From contig CBDBMJ010000001.1 in assembly GCA_965207455.1 (NCBI GenBank), positions 1,440,001 through 1,504,000 of the forward strand: a stretch of 64,000 bases of DNA, written 5' to 3'. The notes under the pieces were generated by a model, which was not told the DNA's origin, did no database searches, and saw only the letters and a list, made by a program, of their open reading frames with translations. Shown one piece after another: positions 30,400-39,370 of this stretch; positions within the stretch are counted from its first letter, which is position 1; every line of letters starts with the position of its first letter. The DNA comes from Bdellovibrionota bacterium (GTDB taxonomy: Bacteria > Bdellovibrionota > UBA1018 > CAIPTA01 > JAALKR01). The translations under genes and the position numbers were made by a program.

Positions 30400-30624
30400 A
30401 TGAAAAAGAAGAAGCTACAGAAAAGCCATAAAGTACCTAAAATAATTACCGCAGAACTTAAATTAATAAAAATTTTTACAGCCATTATTGAGAGGAATTT
30501 AAAAAAACACGGATCACCTAAAGAAGCATCTCTCCAAGAGGATCTCCGAGAAGATCTCCAAGAGATTAGTAAAATACTCATTTTAATCGCCTACAAGCAA
30601 GAGGCCCATAAAGGAAAGGATTAA
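30400..30624 (+). CDS. small basic hypothetical protein (74 aa)
   Basis: AGGAGG RBS a few nt before ATG; lies directly downstream of the operator pair. Confidence 0.7.
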   Translation: MKKKKLQKSHKVPKIITAELKLIKIFTAIIERNLKKHGSPKEASLQEDLREDLQEISKILILIAYKQEAHKGKD

Positions 30625-30764
30625 TACACCTTGGTATCCCGTAAAAGAGCAAGAGCCCCACCCAGCAAAAGCCCTAAAAGGGCATATAAGCAAAAAAGCT
30701 TGAATAACGAATTTTTTATTCCTACTTATAGGCATAAAGCTTGAATAAAAACTGAACCCATTTA

Positions 30765-33023
30765 CTAATTTTTCTTTGTGGAGCACAGATAATTTAAGGA
30801 AGAACCCGCCTGAAACCAATGTATTTGATCCGCATTGAGAGTATGGGCCAGCTCAATAGTCGCAGTGGAATGATCTTTATGCAAAATTTTTGCTGTAACT
30901 TTTTTACCCGGAGCCAGCGACTTTAAATCCAATACACTGATCGTATCTCCCACTCGCACAAGATCGTAATCCTTCGGATCGACAAATGTCAGAGGAAGCA
31001 CACCCTGTTTTTTCAAGTTCGTTTCGTGAATACGAGCAAAGCTACGAACAATAACAACAACAGCACCTAAAAATCGAGGACTCATGGCTGCGTGCTCTCG
31101 ACTGGACCCCTCCCCATAGTTTATATCCCCAACAACAACCCAAGAAAGCCCTTGGGCCTTATAAGCCCTTGCCACTTGAGGAATAGGCTCATGCTTTTCC
31201 GTTAGTATATTCAATGTTTGGCCAGCCTCTGGAGAAAATTCGTTTATCGCTCCCGTAAACATATTGTCGCTAATATTATCCAAGTGCCCCCGGAATTTTA
31301 ACCATTTCCCCGCAGGGGAAATATGGTCCGTGGTGCACTTACCTTTTGCTTTTAACAAAACGGGAAGCTCTAAAAAATCCTTACCACTCCAAGAATCAAA
31401 GGGCTTTAGTAGCTGAAGCCTAGTGGAATCCTCTTCGATAACCACAGGCGCACTACCACCTTGAGGAGCCACGTGCCCCTCACTAGCAAAGATAAAACCC
31501 TTGGCAGGTAAGTCCGGTGCAGGTGCTGGTGCCTGGAGCCGAAATTTTGTTCCATCGGAAGATTCCAGCTCATCATGGAGCGGATCAAAAAAGATGGACC
31601 CACCAATACCTAAAGCCACTGTAATCTCTGGACTGGCTAGAAAGGATTGAGTGGAACGGTTCCCATCGTTTCTACCAGGAAAATTTCGATTAAAACTGGA
31701 AATAATGGAGTTGACCTCCCCCTCTTTCCTATCATCCCTATGCCACTGGCCAATGCATGGCCCACAAGAGTTCGTAAAAACAACTCCCCCTAATTTCTCT
31801 AAGGCATCCAACTGACCATCTCGCTTTACCGTTTCATATATCTGCTCACTACCCGGAGAAATATTGAGAGGCAACTTTGTTTTTAAACCTTTTCGCAAAG
31901 CCTGCTTTGCCACATCAGCAGCACGACTAATGTCTTCATAGGAAGAGTTTGTACAACTACCAATTAAGGCTGCTGTTAACTCCGAATACCCCTCCCTCTT
32001 TGCATCTTTTTTTAACTGGGAAATGGGTCGCGCTAAATCTGGAGTATGGGGCCCAACCACATAAGGCTCCAGCGTGGAAAGATCAATCTCTATTACTTGG
32101 TCAAAAAAATCTTTTGGCTTCTGGAGAACCTCCCGATCCGCAGTTAAAAGCTCTTTATTGGCAAGAGCTAGACCCGCCAAACCCTCCCTCTGAGTACTCC
32201 TCAAATAACGAGCCATGTTTTTATCGAAAGGAAAAATAGAAGTGGTTGCTCCCAACTCAGCACCCATATTACAAATCGTGCCCTTGCCCGTACAACTAAT
32301 ACTGTCCGCACCGTCACCAAAGTATTCCACAATTTTATTGGTGCCACCCTTTACTGTAAGTATATCTAGAACTTTTAAAATTACGTCCTTAGATGAGGCC
32401 CAACCACTAAGCTTGCCCCTTAAATGCACTCCTATTTTTTCAGGGTACTTTACCTCCCAAGACAATCCAGCCATCACGTCAGTGGCATCACTACCACCCA
32501 CACCAATAGCAATCATGCCCAGTCCGCCTGCATTGGGCGTGTGGGAGTCGGTACCAATCATCATACCCCCAGGAAAGGCATAGTTTTCCAAAACAACCTG
32601 ATGGATAATACCAGCCCCTGGCTTCCAAAACCCAATCCCATAACGACTGGAAGCACTACTTAAAAAATCATACACTTCTTTATTCACTTCATAGGCATAG
32701 GGCAGATCTTTCACTACACCAAAACGACCCAATAATAGATGGTCGCAATGAACCGTTGTGGGCACAGCCACTTGATCTACACCAACGCTCATAAACTGTA
32801 AGAGGGCCATTTGTGCAGTAGCATCCTGCATGGCTACCCGATCGGGTCGCAATAGTAAAAAACTTTTTCCCGCATCTAAGGCTTGGGTTTCTGGTGCGTC
32901 CAAATGCCCTAGAACTATTTTTTCCATAAGGGTGAGCGGACGGTTCAGTCGCTTGCGAACTATCTTTAGGTTCTTTTCTAGCGCTGTATAAACACGCTTT
33001 ACATATTCAGTATCTGTTTCCAT
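30765..33023 (-). CDS. acnA: aconitate hydratase (mitochondrial-like bacterial type)
   Basis: DRVAMQDATAQMA, HCDH, GTDSHTPNAGG, IGSCTNSSYED, CGPCIGQW and NYGEGSSREHAA motifs. Confidence 0.95.
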   Translation of the reverse strand: METDTEYVKRVYTALEKNLKIVRKRLNRPLTLMEKIVLGHLDAPETQALDAGKSFLLLRPDRVAMQDATAQMALLQFMSVGVDQVAVPTTVHCDHLLLGRFGVVKDLPYAYEVNKEVYDFLSSASSRYGIGFWKPGAGIIHQVVLENYAFPGGMMIGTDSHTPNAGGLGMIAIGVGGSDATDVMAGLSWEVKYPEKIGVHLRGKLSGWASSKDVILKVLDILTVKGGTNKIVEYFGDGADSISCTGKGTICNMGAELGATTSIFPFDKNMARYLRSTQREGLAGLALANKELLTADREVLQKPKDFFDQVIEIDLSTLEPYVVGPHTPDLARPISQLKKDAKREGYSELTAALIGSCTNSSYEDISRAADVAKQALRKGLKTKLPLNISPGSEQIYETVKRDGQLDALEKLGGVVFTNSCGPCIGQWHRDDRKEGEVNSIISSFNRNFPGRNDGNRSTQSFLASPEITVALGIGGSIFFDPLHDELESSDGTKFRLQAPAPAPDLPAKGFIFASEGHVAPQGGSAPVVIEEDSTRLQLLKPFDSWSGKDFLELPVLLKAKGKCTTDHISPAGKWLKFRGHLDNISDNMFTGAINEFSPEAGQTLNILTEKHEPIPQVARAYKAQGLSWVVVGDINYGEGSSREHAAMSPRFLGAVVVIVRSFARIHETNLKKQGVLPLTFVDPKDYDLVRVGDTISVLDLKSLAPGKKVTAKILHKDHSTATIELAHTLNADQIHWFQAGSSLNYLCSTKKN

Positions 33024-33084
33024 CCTAAGAAACCATAACCCAAAAAAAAAATCCTGCCAAGGCTCAAAGGAAGGATAGATAAGA

Positions 33085-34734
33085 TTACAAGGCTATACCC
33101 ATTGGTATCAGATTCAGCGCCTCCCTTGTGAACGCTTCCACATATCTTTTATAGCCATTCATAAAGTCATCCTCAGTGATGGAGTACTCCACATGCGGCT
33201 TTACTCCATTATTTTCCAATAGCTCCCCATTGGGTCGAAAAATAAGGCTTGTGGTTAAACGAAAGTCCAAGTCTGAGTATACGAGTGGTCCAAAGGGCTC
33301 TACTCCTCCACCAGCGCCAACCGTTTTCTGTCCAAACAAAGTGGCCCTTCCATTATCCTTCATAAAAGCAGGCATCATATCTCCCGAAGAAAAACAAAGC
33401 TCATTGATTAACAGTAATACTGGCTTTGTAAAGCGAACCTTCAACTCTTTAGGAATAAGAAGAATACCCATCTTTCCCAGTAAGTCGAACGGTGGAGTAA
33501 GAAAATCTCCTTCTTCTAATGCGTTTCGGAACATTTCCGCAAAATTGCTATAACGGAGTCGCAACGCCTGAAAAAATACCATTTCCTCCTCAGCACTCAT
33601 AAACGCCATTGATTGAGTTATACCGGCCTCGTGCGCCGCCGGCTCAAAACGTCGCATCCAAGATACAGTGGGACGAACTGCAAATAATAAATCCGCTCTA
33701 GGATTCTCCACGAAGAGATCCCCTATGGCAACCACGTTTAAACCATTCCCTCCAGGATTATTTGTCTGGTCGAAGACGAGCACATCCACAGTCTCCTCTA
33801 AGTAAGCCAGCGCTATAGCAACTTCTTTTATCAGCACTTTAGGTTCCACACCATAACTAGCTATGCGAAGTAACCCTATCTTTTTCCCCTCTCTCCCGTA
33901 TGTTCCCATTAAAACATTTGGAGTTTGGGATATAACCTCTGTTCCTTCCGGCAAGTCGAACATGGGCGTAGATGAACCCATATGCCTTAAACCGAAGGTT
34001 CCCAACCTGCCCAAGGAAAAATCACTTATTGATGGCAAATGGGCAATAACAGTAGGAATACTTACGGGAGGTGCATCCACAAGATCGCTTCCACTACGAA
34101 CCCACACCAAGTTTGTAATTATTTTATTCTCACCCCTTGGTTGGATTTCCACAGACACCTGCCCTTGAGGAACAATATCTCCAGAAACCTGACGACGACT
34201 TGTTAATTTCGCAACTTGAAGCCGCTTATCACTTTTGGGGTTTCCTGTGGCTCTGTACTTGCCCAGCTCTTCCATGAGTTCATTGACGGACACACCACCA
34301 ATACTGATAACCCTATCCCCTCTTTCAAAGGGAAACAATAATTTAGGTAATACCTTTCGGTCCACCACGTCGATAAGAACCTTGCCATTTACATAGTCGG
34401 ATACAAATCCAAGCCTGGCGCTGAGATTTGAGGGAAGCTGAATGCTTACATGGGCATCTTGGAGTCCTGCCATAAAGCCAGCAATTTTATGGTAAAATTC
34501 CTTGTCAGAGGGCGCATTACGAACAATTTCTTCGTACTCACTCACATGACTTTCCCAATCCAGCCCCACGCTTTCTCTCTTCAACTGTAGTGGCGCATAG
34601 TTTTTTTCTATCGTATTGACTAGCTGGTGAAAATCAGCCAAGCGCTGCTCTTCTGTTAAGGCCGCAACTAGCTCTCCCTTTGGTATGAATAATGCAACGG
34701 TTAGTGCAACTAACATTACTTTTTTCTTATCCAT
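33085..34734 (-). CDS. secreted S41 family peptidase, CPAF-like, paralog A
   Basis: Signal peptide, LQDAH, PDZ-like region, DQTNNPGG, LINELCFSSGD, T.GAGG and ENNGV motifs. Confidence 0.88.
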   Translation of the reverse strand: MDKKKVMLVALTVALFIPKGELVAALTEEQRLADFHQLVNTIEKNYAPLQLKRESVGLDWESHVSEYEEIVRNAPSDKEFYHKIAGFMAGLQDAHVSIQLPSNLSARLGFVSDYVNGKVLIDVVDRKVLPKLLFPFERGDRVISIGGVSVNELMEELGKYRATGNPKSDKRLQVAKLTSRRQVSGDIVPQGQVSVEIQPRGENKIITNLVWVRSGSDLVDAPPVSIPTVIAHLPSISDFSLGRLGTFGLRHMGSSTPMFDLPEGTEVISQTPNVLMGTYGREGKKIGLLRIASYGVEPKVLIKEVAIALAYLEETVDVLVFDQTNNPGGNGLNVVAIGDLFVENPRADLLFAVRPTVSWMRRFEPAAHEAGITQSMAFMSAEEEMVFFQALRLRYSNFAEMFRNALEEGDFLTPPFDLLGKMGILLIPKELKVRFTKPVLLLINELCFSSGDMMPAFMKDNGRATLFGQKTVGAGGGVEPFGPLVYSDLDFRLTTSLIFRPNGELLENNGVKPHVEYSITEDDFMNGYKRYVEAFTREALNLIPMGIAL

Positions 34735-34959
34735 TTTTCCTCCTCTTTTTAAAAGCTATCTACACTTTTTTGTTGTTACATATATAATAAAAATTAAGTT
34801 CTAAGTCAAGAGAATTAGAAAAAAAAACATGAAAGATCGTCGATAAAATGAAACAAACACGATAATCATAATTCAAAAAAAACCTGCCAAGGTTCACAAG
34901 AGAAGAGCCATGAACCAAGCTATAAAATAATAGGGCAGGTTATATGAATTTTTCGCGCC

Positions 34960-36702
34960 CTAGATGGCTATACTAATTGGTTCCAGCAATTTTAGTGCTT
35001 CCCCTGTGAACGCCTCCACATATCCTTTATAGCCATTCATAAAGTCATCTTCCGTAATGGAGTACTCTATATCTGGCTTTGCTCCATTATTTTCCACATG
35101 CTCTCCATTGGATCGGAAAATAAGGCTTGTGGTTAAATGAAAGTCCAACTCTGAGTATACGAGTGGTCCAAAGGGCTCTACTGTTCCACCAGCACCTGCA
35201 GTTTGCTGTCCAAACAAAGTGGCCCTTCCATTATCCTTCATAAAAGCAGGAAACACATCTCCTCCAGAAAAACAAAGCTCATTGATTAACAGTAACACTG
35301 GCTTTGTAAAACGAACCTTCATCAGTTCAGGAATCAGAAGAGCACCAATCCCTCCTGTTATGTTAAAGGGCTGAGTAAGGAAATCACCATCCTCTAATCC
35401 ACTTCGGATAATTTTCGAAAACTCATTATAACGAAGCAGCAACGCCTGAAAGAATACTATTCTGTCTTCAGCACTCGTAGAATTCTCTAATGCGGATACA
35501 TTTATCTTTTGTATCGACTGCTCAAAGTTTCGCATCCAAGAGACAGTGGGACGAACTGCAAAGAATAAATCTGAAGTAGGGTTCTCCACGAAGAGTGCCT
35601 CTATGGCATCCACATTTAAAACATTCCCTCCGGGATTATTTGTCTGGTCTAAGACGAGCACATCCACATTAGCTTCTAAATAAGTCAATGCTGAGGTAAT
35701 TTCTGACATTAGCTTTGAATGCTCTTCCGAGTAGCTAGCTATGCGAAGCAGTCCTATCACTTGCCCCTGCCTCTCGTATGTTCCCACTAAAATGTTTTCA
35801 GTTTGCAACACAACTTCTGTCCCCTCCGGCAAGTCGAACATGGGCGTAGATGAACCAATATTCTTCAAACCCATCTCTTTTGTCAAAAAGTCCAACCTTT
35901 CACTACTCAGGGACAAATTATTTAATGGAAGATCCTCCAACGAAAGCGCTGGACGTGACTCCTCTGAAAGCCTTTCCTCTTCTGCCACAAATGCATTTAT
36001 TGATGCCAAATGGGCAATGATGGGACGAACGTTTACAGGAGAGGCATTCACAAGTTCTCTTCCACTACGGATCCATACTAGGTTTGTTCTGACTATTTTA
36101 TCCTCACCTCTGGGTTGAATTTCTACAGCCACCTGCCCTTGAGGAATAATATCTCCAGACCTCTGGTTACGAATGGTTAATTCTGCAGCATGGAATCGCT
36201 TATCACTTTTGGCGTTTCCTGTGGCACTGTACTTGCCCAGTTCTTCCATGAGTTTATTGACGGGCACACCACCAATACTGATAACCCTATCTCCTCTCTC
36301 AAAGGGAAACAGCAATTTAGGTAATATCTTTCGGTTCACCGAATCAATAAGAACCCTGCCATTTATATAGTCGGATAGAAATCCAAGCGTGGCCCTGTGA
36401 TCTGCGGGAACCTGAATGCTTACATGGGAATCCTGAAGACCAGCCATAAAACCAGCAATTTTGTGGTAAAATTCCTTGTCAGAGGAGGCATTACGAACCA
36501 ACACTTCGTACCTACTCACATGGCTTCCCCACTCCAGCCCCACGGTTTCTTTCTTCAACAGTAGCGGCGCATAGTTTTTTTCTATTGTATTGACTAGCTG
36601 ATTAAAATCAGCCATGCGCTGTTCCTCCGTGAACGCTGCATTTGCTCCCTTTGACATGAATAGTGCAACGGTTATTGCAACTATTAGTTTTTTATTGTCC
36701 AT
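34960..36702 (-). CDS. secreted S41 family peptidase, CPAF-like, paralog B
   Basis: Same motifs (LQDSH, DQTNNPGG, LINELCFSGGD, TAGAGG); tandem duplicate of paralog A. Confidence 0.88.
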   Translation of the reverse strand: MDNKKLIVAITVALFMSKGANAAFTEEQRMADFNQLVNTIEKNYAPLLLKKETVGLEWGSHVSRYEVLVRNASSDKEFYHKIAGFMAGLQDSHVSIQVPADHRATLGFLSDYINGRVLIDSVNRKILPKLLFPFERGDRVISIGGVPVNKLMEELGKYSATGNAKSDKRFHAAELTIRNQRSGDIIPQGQVAVEIQPRGEDKIVRTNLVWIRSGRELVNASPVNVRPIIAHLASINAFVAEEERLSEESRPALSLEDLPLNNLSLSSERLDFLTKEMGLKNIGSSTPMFDLPEGTEVVLQTENILVGTYERQGQVIGLLRIASYSEEHSKLMSEITSALTYLEANVDVLVLDQTNNPGGNVLNVDAIEALFVENPTSDLFFAVRPTVSWMRNFEQSIQKINVSALENSTSAEDRIVFFQALLLRYNEFSKIIRSGLEDGDFLTQPFNITGGIGALLIPELMKVRFTKPVLLLINELCFSGGDVFPAFMKDNGRATLFGQQTAGAGGTVEPFGPLVYSELDFHLTTSLIFRSNGEHVENNGAKPDIEYSITEDDFMNGYKGYVEAFTGEALKLLEPISIAI

Positions 36703-37051
36703 TTTCCCCCCTCTTTTTAAAAGCTATCTACACTTTTTTTCTTTTTCTATGTTCTGAAATATTTAATAAAATTTGAGCCTAAAGTCAAGGGAATTATATA
36801 AAAAAAATATCATTTTCTTTTGATAACAATATAATTTTTATATTATTGCATCGCAAAATGAGTGAAATTTTTGGCATAGCGCAATGGGCTTGAACCCATA
36901 AAAAATAGTTTTTTCATGAAAAATCGTCGATAAAACAGAATCATCATAAATAAATTTTATTTTAATTTTTTTGCCGCTGCACAAGAAAATAACAAGAAGC
37001 GCAGTCACGCTAAGTCGGAGAAAACAGCCCTGTATTATGTAAAAATTTCAA

Positions 37052-37711
37052 CTATCCGGGCAAAGACCAATCAATTTCCTCTTGCTTCCAAGACCGCAAA
37101 TACTCATTTGTTTTGGAAAAATGACGACAACCAAGAAATCCGCGATAGGCAGAAAGGGGCGACGGGTGGGGTGCTTTTAAAATAATATGATGTTTACCAG
37201 AAATTACCTTGGCTTGAGCAAAGCTACCCCATAGTAAAAAAATAATTGGAGCACTTCGCTTTCCCAGGACTTCTATCACTTCGTCTGTAAATTGCTCCCA
37301 ACCTTGCCCTCGATGGGAGGCTGGCGCTCCCTTCCTAACTGTGAGAACTGTATTGAGCAAAAATACTCCCTGTTCTGCCCAGTGGGTAAGATCCCCATGG
37401 CTGGGCATGGGAAGGTCCAGGTCTGTGTGTATTTCTTTAAATATATTCCGTAGCGACGGAGGTGGTGTCACGCCACGAGGAACGGAAAAGCAAAGACCAT
37501 GGGCCTGGCCTGGTCCATGGTATGGATCTTGGCCAAGGATTACTACACGCACCTTTGAAACAGGGGTGTGGTTCAAGGCATTGAAAATATGTTTTCCTTT
37601 AGGGTATATCGACGATTTTTTTTTCACCTCTTGGTGGAGAAAGGATTTCAATTCTCGCATATAGGGTTTTTGAAAGGCTGGAAGGAGGGCTTGGGCCCAC
37701 TCCTTCGTCAA
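37052..37711 (-). CDS. ung: uracil-DNA glycosylase (family 1)
   Basis: GQDPYH, HGLCFSV, LLNTVLTV and HPSPLS motifs. Confidence 0.96.
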   Translation of the reverse strand: MTKEWAQALLPAFQKPYMRELKSFLHQEVKKKSSIYPKGKHIFNALNHTPVSKVRVVILGQDPYHGPGQAHGLCFSVPRGVTPPPSLRNIFKEIHTDLDLPMPSHGDLTHWAEQGVFLLNTVLTVRKGAPASHRGQGWEQFTDEVIEVLGKRSAPIIFLLWGSFAQAKVISGKHHIILKAPHPSPLSAYRGFLGCRHFSKTNEYLRSWKQEEIDWSLPG

Positions 37712-37731
37712 AGAGTCCGTATTTGGTGCCC

Positions 37732-38340
37732 TTATTTCGTCACCATTATCATTATGGTTTTACTGTACTTGTCCCCGTAGGAAATATGGCTCTTGTCCCC
37801 AAATTGTAACGTGAGGGTGTGTTCTCCTGGCGGTAAACTTTCAAGCGTATAGTTAACTACCTTTGTATCACCAAAGTGAATGTGGGTATTATCTTTAGGA
37901 ATAACGCTACCCTTGCTTACGAATCCTTTGTTAATAATTAAATGCTGGTGACCTTTTTTATTTTTTGGTGTTTTTACGGAGCCAAAATCTACGGTAACGG
38001 GAAACTGGCTACTGGAGACAGTCATCATTTTAGCTTTCCTTGGTTTCTGGCTTGATCCGAAAGCTCCTTTAACGGATCCCTCAAAGGGCCCCTTAAAGCG
38101 AATGGCGTTTTTGCCTTTATCAATAGATGCAGAGCGTCGAAGCCTAATCCTACGCGCTTCCCGTCTTGCTTGGAGTGCAGAGGAACGATCTATTTCCACT
38201 CTACCCCTTTCTACTCTCTCTCGTGGGGCTCTCTCCCTTGGCTGCCGTTCACTGCCACTGCCAATGCCTTGCGCAATGAAGGGAACTCCCAGCGCACCTA
38301 AAATCAACGTTATATATAATTTTTTGTAGTTTATAATCAT
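37732..38340 (-). CDS. DUF4399-domain secreted protein with Arg-rich linker
   Basis: GHQHLII, HIHFG and PGEHTLTLQFGD..H motifs; signal peptide. Confidence 0.75.
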   Translation of the reverse strand: MIINYKKLYITLILGALGVPFIAQGIGSGSERQPRERAPRERVERGRVEIDRSSALQARREARRIRLRRSASIDKGKNAIRFKGPFEGSVKGAFGSSQKPRKAKMMTVSSSQFPVTVDFGSVKTPKNKKGHQHLIINKGFVSKGSVIPKDNTHIHFGDTKVVNYTLESLPPGEHTLTLQFGDKSHISYGDKYSKTIMIMVTK

Positions 38341-38492
38341 AATTTTCTTTCCTCCTGTTTAGTTCTCTTATTATAAAGCAAATTGACTGTCAAGGCAAAG
38401 GCACGGAACCATACTGTGCGCATAAAGTCACGAAATACTGGAAACTAAGAAATTCCTTGATACTCCCAACACAACCTGCTAGCTCTCCATAC

Positions 38493-39257
38493 ATGAATCT
38501 ACTGGCACTATTCCCAGTCTTTGCCATAGCCCTTTTCATTCCCCTAAGTGGGCTTTGGTTTAGTCACCAAAAGACAAGTTGGGAAAAAAATGTTTTTTTG
38601 CAGTTTTTTCTGACTATTAGTACGGGCCTACTCTTGGCTATCATCTTCGTGGAGTTCAGCCCCCATGCCTTCAAACACTACAATCAGTGGACGGGAGCCA
38701 TAGTGGCCTTGGGCATTCTATGTACTCTTTTTTTGGATTCGTACGTTATTCCATTCCTACACAAACTACAGTATCCTCGTTGCGATCGTCCCTCTTCCCA
38801 TAACCATGTCCACAGCCACAACTTGATATCCCATGAGGCTGCCTGTTGTGCTGTCGGTTGTCTTGTTGTTTGTACTTTCTTCGATGGTGTCAGCATACAA
38901 TCCGCTTTCCAGTTGGGAAATAGTATTGGTTGGACCACCAGCCTTGGGCTCTTTTTCCATCTACTGCCCGACGGAATCCTTGCCTCTGGGCTCATGCTAG
39001 CTGGAGGATCTTCGAAAAAATCCGCCTCCTTGGTTTCTATTTTACTAAGCTTCTCTCTCCTTGGAGGCATCTTCACCGTCTTACTTTTGGAGTCCATTAT
39101 CAGCTTTGATGCTTATATTCTCCCCTTCACCACTGGCGTTCTAACCTATGTGGTGACTACCCATTTGCTACCCATTTCCATTCGAGTAAGACTAGGTTTT
39201 TGGGGAATTTGCCTAGGCTTCGCATTTCAATTCTTCCTACACCTCGGTTTTCATTAA
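38493..39257 (+). CDS. ZIP family metal transporter
   Basis: Multiple TM segments, STGLLLAI...EFSPHA, His-rich loop HNHVHSH, FFDG and HLLPDG motifs, GVLTYV...LLP. Confidence 0.82.
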   Translation: MNLLALFPVFAIALFIPLSGLWFSHQKTSWEKNVFLQFFLTISTGLLLAIIFVEFSPHAFKHYNQWTGAIVALGILCTLFLDSYVIPFLHKLQYPRCDRPSSHNHVHSHNLISHEAACCAVGCLVVCTFFDGVSIQSAFQLGNSIGWTTSLGLFFHLLPDGILASGLMLAGGSSKKSASLVSILLSFSLLGGIFTVLLLESIISFDAYILPFTTGVLTYVVTTHLLPISIRVRLGFWGICLGFAFQFFLHLGFH

Positions 39258-39370
39258 AAAAAGCCTTGTTTTTCCAATTCAAACAATCTTAAAATGATTA
39301 TAAAAGGAGGATCGGAGGTTTTTTGTCTCCATCCAAACAAAACTAAAAAATAATCATTAAGGAGAATGTT

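Noticed and set aside
17657..30700. Intact prophage or ICE integrated at tRNA-Ser
   Set aside because: No integrase, structural or conjugation genes, and no distal att copy was found
36703..37051. AT-rich intergenic region with short palindromes (AATATAA-TTT-TTATATT)
   Set aside because: Low complexity; cannot be assigned to a regulator or ncRNA from sequence alone
39258..39370. Cobalamin riboswitch upstream of the BtuB-like receptor
   Set aside because: The region is too short and lacks the conserved riboswitch core motifs
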